Assembly (NCBI GenBank): GCA_028534125.1
Contig: CM052825.1
Span: forward strand, 2,666,001-2,730,000
Source of the DNA: Lama glama
Taxonomy: Eukaryota
Length of the DNA stretch: 64,000 nucleotides
Direction: 5' to 3'
The notes beneath the pieces are model-generated. The model ran no database searches, was not told the DNA's origin, and saw only the letters and a list, made by a program, of their open reading frames with translations. Shown here in pieces: positions 37,991 through 48,900 of this stretch; within the stretch, counting starts at the first letter, position 1; every line of letters begins with the position of its first letter. A program made the position numbers and the translations under genes.

Positions 37991-40900
37991 ACGGAGTTTG
38001 TGTGCTGGGTGCTTTAGTGTCCGCTTCAGGTAAACCTGCCGCCAGCGTCGTCCTGTGTGGGTGTCTGTTGATGCCTTTTCTCGTTTTGTTTGCCATCTTC
38101 CTCGCAATTAAAACCTGGACATTTGGGGTTTAACCTTTGAAGACTTTGGGTCTTAAGTCCAGTGTTTTATTGGCACTCCCCTGACACCACTCTGGTGGGC
38201 GCTGAGGATCCACCCCGTTGTCTCCCGCGTGGCCCCCGCAGGTGCTGAGGGCAGCCGGGTGCACACGCTGCCCCCGGCTCCGCAGCAAGGCCTGCAGCTT
38301 GCCGTCTGCGCTGGCCCGTGTGTCCCTTCGTCCTCGGTGGGGATGGTGTGTTTGCAGGTCCCCGCCTCCACCGTGGGTCCGCGGCCGACTCTCGGCCCCA
38401 GCAGAGCGAGACCTGTGCTCACCAGCCTCACTCTCCGTGGGGCCACCTCGTCCCTGCCGCCGGTTCAGTGCCCTTCCTCCCTCTGCGGGCAAATGTTTCT
38501 CAAGAATCAAACAACCTGTTGTAAAGTGTCGTATAAACTGTGGGGTGTAGCTTCCCGTTCAGGAAGGTCTTTTTTGTCCTCCAGTTAAGTTTTATCACTT
38601 TTATCCAAGAAGGTGCACGCGTCTCCGAGAACTTCTTTTTTGTCCTCTTGGTACAGTTGTTGCTTTTAGACTTTCCCATGTAATTAACCACTTTCTGCTG
38701 GGAAGCTCCAGTGCTCCTCGTGCTGCCTCGAGGCGGGCTTCTGTCCAGATCCAGCTGCGCTTCGTCGAGAGCGCTCGGGCTCACGGGGCCTGGGCTTTAG
38801 GGGGCCCTGCACTGTGGTGGCCGTTGAAGTGGATGGAAAATCCCACCAGAATTTCCCTGCGGCTCCGTGGCCTGTGACGAGGGTGTCGCCCCCCCAGCAG
38901 CCCCGGTGAGGAGGTGGTGTGCCCTGAGGCAGCCGGGCCTGCTTCCCGCAGAGCCGCAGTAGTTAATCCAGCCACATAAAGAATTTTCTTGAACTTTGAG
39001 AGTGAGAAGAATTCCAGCCCCTGACCTGGGGGGCTCCTCAGCCGACGGCTCAGAGGCGGTTTTCCCGTCTCTCCGTCTCGCCGCTCCTGGCCTGTGACAG
39101 CGAGTGGGGGAGGGGACACACGGCCCGCTGGGCGTTGGGGTCGGAGGGGCTGGCCGGGGCCGGGCCGGGGGAGGAGGCCGGGGGGCCTGCCGTGCAGGGC
39201 TCGGAAGTCTGCGTTGTCTCCCAGGGGCTGTAGACACTTGTTATGCTGAGCAGGGACCTGTTGCGGGGTGTCCCGGAGTCTGTCCCTCTGGCCTGTGGAG
39301 GGCGGCAGGCGGGGGGGGTGGTGCTGTCCCTCGGGGCTGCCCAGTCACCCGGGAGCAGAACCCGCGGGTGCAGGAGGTGACGCCAGACTTTTGCTTGGTT
39401 ATTGTCCATCTTCTCCCATTAAAATGTCCGCTTCCTGTTCCATCAGGTGCAAGTTAGTGGAGAGCATCGTGAGCCTAGTTTATAAGTGAATAAGCAAACA
39501 CACCTGGTTAGGTGGTGATGCCGACCCTGTGCGCTGATGGGCGATGAAGCTGGAAAGGTTCGGTGCTGAGAAGTCCTGACCCGCGGGCAGACTTGCACGC
39601 GCCAGCCCGTGATCTGATGGGTTTCTGCATGGAACTTCATGTTACTTTACTTTTTCATTAAAACAAAAAAATCCTCTAAATATTTAAGTCTTCCCTGAAT
39701 GAGCCCTTAGAAAAGAGGAAAAAACACTTGCTCCCAGCTCCCAGACCGCCGTGGCGCCTTGGCGGGGCAACCCACAGTTGGTCTCAGTGGCGCGCAGTCA
39801 GTGTCTCCTTGCTGTGGATGGAGACCGAAGTGCGACGTGATGAAGGGAACCAGCTTGAAAAGCTGTGAGGAGCGCGGCTCACCATGGACGGTGTGCAAGA
39901 GATGGATTGGATGTGCCCCTAAATTTTCAGTGGAGGAGCACAGGAAAGCTGGGGAAGAAGTGAAATGTGAGGAAGCTCAGGAGAGCTGTGATGGTTTTCA
40001 CTTCAGAATTCGACTTCTGAAGTGTCCGTGTAGCCCTTTCTCCTGTGGGGGCTGGGGTGTGAGCTCAGCTGTGAGCCTGGCCAGCGGGGGCCTCATGGAA
40101 GAGGTGGCCTGGGTTAGGACCTGTGCCCGGGGTCTGGGCGTGTCCTGCACTGACTGAGGTGGGGGTCGGAGGTGTTTGTCTAAGTGAACATCTGTGGCTG
40201 CCTTAAGATGAACCCCAACGAGATGGAGCTGTGATCTGTCTCCTCTGTCCTTCCCAAGTGTCCCTGCTCCAGGGACCAGCCAGGATCAGCCATGCTGGAA
40301 ATGCTCAAAGGCTATTCCCAGATTCTCATTTTAGCCCTTGATGCTTGTTGGCGGTGCTGCCTTTGCTACAGAAGTGTCCTGTGGGTAGGTTCTCCCTGAG
40401 GTCTTAGCAGGAGGGCGTCTGGAGCCCCGGTGGTGACCTGCTGAGTACAGGGGGGCTGGGGTGCTGGCGGGGTGGGCCCAGGGTTCCCCAGGACACAGAC
40501 GGCCTTGGGCACGTTGCTGGAGGTTCCAGGGCCCCTCACAGAGGCATGACCTGCAGGAATATCATGGGACTTGACTGGCCTTCTTGGGACTGCTGTCCCT
40601 CCTTGGCCATGGGCCCCTCAGCCCAGCACTTCGTTCCTTGGCCCCTCGCCTCCCCTTCTCCCTTCGGTTTGGGTCCAGAAGCCCCATGTGCAGGGCTCTC
40701 TGTCGGGGTCTCTACACGGCAGTCTCTGCGTGAAGAGGGTGCAGTTGGGGCACCCCAGACTGTGCCACCCACACGAGGGGCAGTGCTGGGTTTGGGTCCC
40801 AACTCCCCATTTGTCAGCTCCGTGACCCTGAATAGAAAAGTCCTCCGACTAAGCCCTGGTTCCCTCCGAGTGGGTCCATCTTAGGACAGAGCTGGTGCAG

Positions 40901-41288
40901 GATGTCAGGTGGCTCCGCCCCACAGTGACAGAGGCAGCAGGAGAGCCTGTGGGTCCACGCTGCCTGAATCACTGCCTCACTGGCCTCTCAAAGCCATCAG
41001 GTCTGGTGGGGGGTGTGCCAAGCTGACCACTGTCAGGGGGCGTCTTTGGATGACTTGCTGGTTAGAAGCAAACTCAGAGCCCTAGAGACAGCTCCCAGCA
41101 CATGGGCTGCAGGCCTGTCCTGCCCCACCCGGTGCCGTGAACCCGGCCTGCGCCCCCCCTAGACAGCCTCCTCATTGCTGCGGTGGGGTCACCGCGGGTG
41201 CAGCGTGGACAGCCAGGAACTCGGGGGGCGCTTGCTTTCTCCTGTCCTCTCTTCCAAGCAGATGTTGTTCAAAACAATTACCACTGAT

Positions 41289-41426
41289 GTTTTGTTTGGG
41301 GGGGCAGGGTAATTAGGTTTATATATTTATTATTATTGTTGTTGTTTTTAACGAAGGCACTGGGATTGAACCCGGGGCCTCGTGCACACTGGGCATGTGC
41401 TCTGCCACTGAGCTGCGTCTTTCCCC
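41289..41426 (-). mobile_element. tRNA-derived SINE (Vic-1-like, long-tail variant) with TSD
   Basis: SINE body plus ...aaacctaattacc... tail on the minus strand; TSD ttaccactgat at 41278-41288 and 41429-41439. Confidence 0.9.
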
Positions 41427-42299
41427 AGTTACCACTGATTTTTAAGCAGCTTAAATGACCTTGTGCTTTCCACTTCATTGTTCTTTGGGGGTTTTCAGTG
41501 TTTGGGGCTCTCAGCCCGCGTGAGTGGCAGTAACGGCCCCGCCTGGCCGAGCTGGGCGGTGGGGGTTCTGAAACGTGCCCGCCCTGCGCCCTTCTCGTTG
41601 TGACTCAGCCCAGGGCCTGTGGTTTGTGCTTCCTTCAGTGGGGAGCTCTGGCTTATTTGCCTTTCTAGCGTCGGGCAGTTTTGTCTTGTCCAGAGGGCGC
41701 AAAGGACTGAGGCATCAGGTCTGCCGTGTGGTGACTGCGGCCCTGCGGCCTCCGTCACGGGCCGGGCCAGGCCAGGCCCCTGGCCCAGCAAACATCGAGG
41801 CTGCTTCCGTTTTTCTGTCCCGCCATTCTCAGCATGAGGCTTCCATTTCAAGGCGACCTCCTTGCCCAAGATGGTTGCTGGCACACCGGTCATCGCATTT
41901 CTGTTCTAGGAGAAAAGTGGAAGGAAGGGATGATGGGCAGTAATACCCCTTGGGCGCTGTCTGTCTGCCTTTCCAGGGATGTCTGGGAGGCTTCCCGTGT
42001 TACATTGCATCAGTCACCCCCACAGCAGTGATGCTGGGGATGTGGGCACCCAGGAAGAAGTGGGGAGAGGGAGAGAGGAGCAGCTCTGGGGTGGTGCTGG
42101 CCCTGGCACACCCTTCCGCCCCACACCCCTCCACGGGAGCCCCGTTCCCCAGCCTTTCCCGCGCGGCCCCGCAGCTGGCTCCCCTGTTAGAGCTGGGGTT
42201 CCTTTGGTTGTGGGAGCCGCTCTAGAGTAACGTCCTCTGCTCCCTGGCAGGGGTGCCCTTCCGACACCCATTTCCCTCCCTCCGTGGCTGGTGGTGAAG

Positions 42300-42640
42300 A
42301 GGAGGGGCTTGGCGCCCATCGCCCCCCAGGCTGGTGCGGGAGCTGCGTGTTGAGACGTCGCAGGGCTGGTGGGAGGCAGTTACTTTTCCCTGCTGAGCTC
42401 GAGGTGGAAGCCAGGAGTGAGGGCGCCGGGAGGTGCGCGGGTGCGGGACGGCGCGGGTGCGGACGAGGTTTCTCCATCTCTGTGATGCCTTCCTGGGAGC
42501 CGGGCTGGGCGCCAGTGCGGTCCTCAGCGGGGGCGGGGGAGCCCGCGCCCGGCTTCCCCGCCGCCCGGGGCCTCTGACCTGCAGGGGCGGCTCCGTCCGG
42601 TTTCGGTTTGTGCCTGTCGGATTTTCCAAATTAGGAAGGT
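42300..42640. promoter_or_regulatory. Intronic CpG-rich island (candidate internal promoter or enhancer)
   Basis: Dense CpG and GC boxes (gcgggggcggggg, ccccgccgcccgg), ending at a consensus-like donor AAG|GTGAGC. Confidence 0.55.
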
Positions 42641-42834
42641 GAGCTGAGCTCGGGCTCAAAGCTTTCAGACACTGTTCCTGTTGTGTTTTGACAAATGGAA
42701 CTTTTTTCCTTTTTCTTTTTTTTTTTCAGCAGCGAAGGCTGTTGGCTCTCTTCGGAGGCGGAGCCGCGGTTTGTGCCTGGGCTCCCCCCAGAGCTCTGCT
42801 GGCCCTGAGCCTGGCGTCCAAAGGAGGGTCTTGG

Positions 42835-42964
42835 TGGAGGGCGTCACTCAGCAGTAGAGCGTGTGCTTAGCACGCACGAGGTCCGAGGTTCAATCCCCAG
42901 TACCTCCATTACAGAAAATAAAATAAATAAACCTAATTACCTCTCCCACAAAAAAAAGTTAAAA
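42835..42964 (+). mobile_element. tRNA-derived SINE (Vic-1-like, long-tail variant) with TSD
   Basis: B box ggttcaatccc, tail aaataaaataaataaacctaattacc; 16-bp TSD caaaggagggtcttgg (42819-42834) and caaaggaaggtcttgg (42965-42980). Confidence 0.92.
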
Positions 42965-45900
42965 CAAAGGAAGGTCTTGGCTTGGATGGTAGCGCCCAGG
43001 GGACGGGAGACTGGGTTTGCTGGGGCCGGTCCTGTCCCCGCATCCTTGTGCTTCCGTCCAGAAAGGACAGGTCTCCCGCTCCAGACCTTCCCTTTGGGTG
43101 GAGGTGACGGTGGCCGAGACGAAGACTGCCTTTCTGGTAGCACCTCCCAGGCTCTGCCTTCAGCTTCTGAGAGCGTTTCCTCGGCCAAGTCGGGCAGAAT
43201 TGAACCTGGGCCTTTTGGAGTTGCCAGGACCCAGAAAAGAAAGATGCAGAGCCAGTTTCTCCTGCCCCCCAGGTGCAGCGGCTGCCCCGTCCTGCCTTGT
43301 GTGTCTGCCCCTCTGGCTCACGGGCACTGTGATAGCACAGGGCTCTCCCTGTCGCAGCCTCCCGTGCACGCATCCAGCCATGGCTCAGGTGCCAAGAGGT
43401 GAACCGATTGGGGGAGTTGATATCCTTAGCCTGCTCAGTGCAGGGTTACCTGGCACTTGTAGTAACAGCCGATGCTACTTTTAAATTACTGTCATTGCAT
43501 TTTATTATGTTATTGTTGAATTTCACACCGATTAAAGTTTAGGCGACAGACTCTTGGTTTTGCAGATTGTCCAGAAGTGGAATTCCCAGCAGCTGACAGT
43601 CCTTTGTGATGGGTCCAGAACTCCTGCTGTGACATCAGCACTCCCTCTCAGGAGGCTGGGGGGGCGGTCCCCGGGGGGTGGTCCCCTGACCCAAGGAAGT
43701 GTGTTACTGGTGCTTTCTGGGTAGAACGTTTAGGTGTAAATGTTGCTATTACTTATTTTGTACTGATTTCGTTTAGTCCCCCCTGCCTCTTCCCGGGGCC
43801 TCCCGCAGCCATCGTCATGTTTAGACACCCTGTCCTCAGCAGGAGGACACTGGGTATAACGTGGAGACAGTCCTGGCATCTGACTGTGGATCGAATCAGT
43901 GTTAGATCAGGCAGGTACGCAGACGCTGCAGCCCCCACCCCCCATTTTCAGTGACCCTTGACTTTGTGGTGGCCTGGCTGGTAGGACACTGGAGCAGTGC
44001 CGGGGCTCCGCCCGTGGGGTGTCTCCAGCCCACGGGGCGGCAGCCGCGCTGGCTCAGGACATGGATTTGAGCAGTGAGTTCGTCCTCGGCGTGGAGGTGG
44101 AGTGCTCGCCAGATGTTCCCTGATCCTTTGGCCGAGTAGTTCTACTGTCCACGTCTTGCAGGGCTGACCCAGGACCAGAGAGATCTGATGGCTTCTTTGT
44201 GCTTTGGACGCTGGGTTTCAGCCTTCACCCTCCGTGCGCTGCACCATTTGGAACTGATCCCCTGCCTCGCGCCTGGGCCCCTCCCTCCCGATAGACTCCA
44301 GGTCACAGAGGGACGCGCACCGCAGGGGACTCCCGCTCACATGCACCAACACGCGTGTGCCCAGTGTGGGCCCAGACCGTGTGGAGGGGACAGACGGGAG
44401 CAGAGGTGATACTTCCCTCCCGGAGCCCATGGGCTGGGAAGCTCGGTGCGGGGGTGAGTAGGGCGCTCGAGGCAGAGAGGGTGGCCTTCAGGACAGTGGA
44501 GGAAGGTGAGTCTGCCGGGACGAGACCGGACCTGTGCTTGGTGTCGGTCCGGCGCCCTGAGGACTGCCCTGTAGGTGAAGCCACCTGGACTTTTGGAAGT
44601 GGTCTCTTCGCATCAGCACAGGGGACGAGGGCCCAAGAACTTGAGTTGCCCGTGAGCTCTGCTCCCAGTGTCAGGCCTGGAGGGCTGCGGCGCTGTTTCT
44701 GAGACTCTGTTCGCAGAGAACCCGGCCTCCTATGCGGGACATCCCTCTGCAGGGCCTGTCCAGTTGGCATTGAACTTGAGGAAGCCAGGGCATGTGAAGT
44801 GGTGATTCTGACGTCTGCAGCCCCTCCGTTCACCCCACTGGATGACCTTTGGTGTCTTTCAGGCAAACCTGGAAGGTATTTGCTTTGGCAGATTTATTGG
44901 ATGTTCTGCCCCATTTGATTTTCCAGACTGGAAAGCTTGGGAGCTCAACTCACATGGTCTTTTGTTTGTTTGTTTTAAATCTAATGCGTCCCACAAAGGG
45001 ATGAGAACGTCCCTGGGGAGATGGCCCGGGGTCCCCACGGTGCCTGAGACGGCGCCACCTGCCGCTCTGCTGGGATGCTCTGTGTCCGAGGTCTGGGCCA
45101 CGGGCAGTGTGGCTCCTCGGAGGCGGGACAAGGGCCTGGTGGAGAAGGTGGGTTTCCAGTGAGTCCTCTGCCTGGCACACACACCAGCACTCGCTAGTTT
45201 GCTTGGAATCGGATGACTTTGAGCTCTGTTGGCGTGTCAGGGGCCCGCCGTCTGTCTGCGGATGGAGCTGGTGCGGATCGGGATGGTGGTCATCCGCAGC
45301 CCTGGCTGCTGGCTTCCTTCTGCTCTTTCCAATTTAAACTGTGCTTTGATGGCACCTCGGTGCTACCTGTCCGGTCCGCCTATCACCTGCTGCCCACCCC
45401 ATGTCCCACACAGCACGGCTGAGAAGGTCCCCGCAGGCTCCCGCCTCCTCTGCCCCTGTGTTTAAGATGTTCTAGCAAAAGATAGTACATTTTAAATAAA
45501 AATAGGCATTTTAGGTTAGAAAAAGCTTATAATGGTCAGAATCTTTTGATTTGGGGATTTTAAACATGAAGTTTTTTTCACAACCGTTTCCTGAACTGTC
45601 TCCTTTTCCTTCGGAGTTCGCACAGTACAGGGCTGCTGGTGCCTGCCGCGTTCTGATCTCAGACTTTATGTAAATGGGACTTGCTTGTGGTCCTGGGCCC
45701 ACCCCAGGGAGAGTCGCGATGGTGATGGCTTGTGCCTAGAACACGCTGGAGGGGGTGGGAAGGGGGGGTGTGGAGGGCCTCACGGTGGGCTGTTGAGTCA
45801 CGCCCAGCGGGCCCCCAGGGTTTCTTCCAGAATCTAGAAGCCTGGCCATCTTCCCACCCCTTAGGCTGTCTTGGGCCCCGATGGGCTTTCTCCCAACCCC

Positions 45901-48900
45901 ACCCCCAGCCCGAGCCAGACCGCAGGGCTGAACTGGGCCAGGTTTACTGCTTTACGAGGTTTCTGAAAGACACCTCGTCACACCTTGCAAAATTTGAAAA
46001 TACTAGTCATCGAGTGTGTGGCAGCTTTTTTTGTTTTTTTCCTATTCTTGAGTTTTTCATTTCTAAAAGGATACAGTTACAACATTTAAAGAGCATTTTG
46101 AAAGAAGCGAGGCCTTGAGTGGGTAATCCTGCCCTCACCCGGGGGCTGTTTTCACCCCTCCCTCCCGTCCCTGTGTGACAGGTGCCCGCCTCGCCCCGAG
46201 TCTGGGTCCCTCATCAGGGCTTCTGCCTGCCCAGCTCGGGTTTACCAGTAAGGTTCAGCCACTCTCCCTAGGTCTCCTCACACTGTCCCAACGGCCTGTT
46301 CTCAAGCCTGGTCTGTCTAATTTCAAATCCCACACCTTTAGCCGCAACACGACCGTTTGGTCTCTGCTGTTTTTATTTATTAGGGTGTCATCAGCACTTT
46401 TTAATGTTCCTTCATGGGCCAGTTTCAGTGAGTACTCACCATGTGTCAGAGACTGTGCATGCTTCTAATTACTATGCTTGGAATTTTTCATTTCATACAA
46501 GAGCCTTGTGAAGTGCACACCGTAAATACCCGCTGTCCCTGAGGAGGACAGCAGAGCTGATGCACTGAGAGATTGGAGCCAAGATTTGCCCAAAGATACA
46601 CAGTATCGGAAGGTGTCCCCTTGAATGGCCACATAATGTTCCTCCATGAATGTGTACCCTGGTTCATTCAGCCCTTCCTCGCAGGGAGCTCTTCAGCTGC
46701 TTAGAATTAGGATGTAGTCTTGGTTTTTGTAACAAAGGTCAGAATAGCAAGGGTGAGGTGGATTTCTTTTGCGTCCCAGTGTAGTATCTTTCTGCTCTGT
46801 TGCTCTGTTACCCATTGTCCATTTTAAGGCCCACCGTGGCTGCTCCAGCTCCTGCCATCACACCCACATTCTGGCCATTGGGAAGGAAAGAAGGGAGGAA
46901 GACACTCTCTTCCTCTTAAGAGCACTACCATTCACGTCCCATTGACCAGCACAGTCTGATGGTTGAAAGAGAAGCGTCGTCTTTGTTGGGCAGCCATGTG
47001 TCCAGCTGAAGCTAGTTCACTGTTGAAGCAGGAGCGGGTGCATGTCCAGGAGCAAGCCCCTCTTTTGGCCGCCCACATATCTATGACCCTTCTTCAGACA
47101 TAAAAACCACTCATCCCTGTCGTCAAAGGAGGCAGCCCACATCCCACCCAGTGACCGCTTCCCGAATCCAGGATCTCTGTTACAAGCAAGTCCCTGCACC
47201 GGGTGCTCCAGGTGGTCTCCCCATAAAATGCTGTGTGGAGCAGGAGCCAAGGAAGATGACCGTGCCTGTTTGGAGGAGAGAGGAGCAGACAGCACTGTCA
47301 CTGGCACCCCCAAAGGGGCAGGTTCCATGGTGACCCGCCTGGCAGCCCCTGTGTCTGCTGATGGGAGAATCTCTGTCCACCCGCCCGGGCCAGGCAGGTG
47401 GGGATGGGATGGTCACACTGGGCAGCAGAGTCTCCTGGCGCACTGGCTCCGTCATGTCCCTGGGTGAGATGCACAGCCAGGCCCCCAGGGACGGGTTTCA
47501 CTCTTGAAAACCCTGGTCTTGTCTTTTCTGCCGTCATGGCTCCTCTGAGGCCTCCCGAGGCTGCAGGCTGGTGGAATCTATTCCCTGTCCCATGCCGGTC
47601 TGGTGCCCCTGGTCCAGCATGCAGCACGTGGCAGCAGGTCCTGGGCACGCGGGGTCCGCGCTCAGGGAGTGCGGGGGACTGATTGCCCCGGCACAGGGAA
47701 GGTGGCCAGACTTCACCCTGCAGCATCTGTGTCCTCGGCTCCTGACCGTGTGGCAGCGCCCTGTGTTCAGGTTGTGTGACGGCACCGGCAGCCCCCGCCG
47801 GCACCAGTTCTGTGATGGTCAGGAGGCAGGGTGGCCGCGTAGGGGCTCTGGGCCAGGTTTCAGGACCCCAGCCTCCTCCTGCAGCTGCCAGAGAAGGGGC
47901 ATCCTTGCAGAGTCACTCCCGTTCAGCTGTTCAACTGGCTGAGCTCCAGTTTTCTTGTGTTTTCTCCATCTTTTACAGGAGATGTTTTCAAACCTGTTAC
48001 CCAGCGTTCCTCTGGAAGTTTTCTTTTGTGTCACGCTTAATTGTCCAGGTGCCTTGTTTTTCCCTGGAGGTGCCTTCGTCTGTGGGTGGTAGGGACGGTG
48101 CCCTCTCTCACCCCGGGACATACAGGTGGTCCACGTCCTGTCCTGCTCCTGGACTGTCTTCCTCAGAGTCCTCCCCGGCATTTGGTCCCTGTCTTTCTGT
48201 TGGAGACACTCCCAAAGTCTCTTCTTTCTGGCCGTCTGTCCACTGTTAAGAGTAAGGCACCCTGGCTCGTCGGCCGCCACGTGTGCCTAGGTGGTCGGCG
48301 GCGGGCCCTAGCCCAGTGGGCTTCACGGGGGCCATCCTTCTGGGCCAGGGCGCGCTGGGAAGGCTGGGGGTGTCGTGGTGGGTGTGCAGAACTGCCACCA
48401 TCACTTCCCCGGGGAGTGTTGTTCCCTGTGAGCCCTCAGGTGCGGGGCCGGAGGGGGCGGTGTGGGGCTGGGGCGGTGGTGGCTCTGCAGAGGATGGTCT
48501 GCTGCATTCATTTTTTTTTTAGTCTTTCCTGGAAGCTTTCACGTGCGCTTTTTTCTTTCTCTGATCATTTCTTGTACCTAAAATGAAGTGTACTGTAGGT
48601 ATGTTTATGTCAGTGAGGAGTAAATGATGGAAGAGAAATGACTTTTACCCTCTGACCACGTCCCCGGGGGTGGGGCGGGCGGTGGGATTCCCGCTGAGGG
48701 CGGGCCGGAGTGCAGGTGGGTGCAGCCTGAGTCCCTGAGGCTCGTTAGCGAGGCCAGACCAGCCTTCGTGCCGGGATCTGTGACCTGATACTGAACAGGG
48801 TGACCTTGCAGGTAACCAGGGTGGTACTGGTTTGGCCCAACTTCCAGGAGTCCCAGCTTCTGGGCGCCCTGGCCAAGCCCCAGACGGCAGCCCGGCCGAG

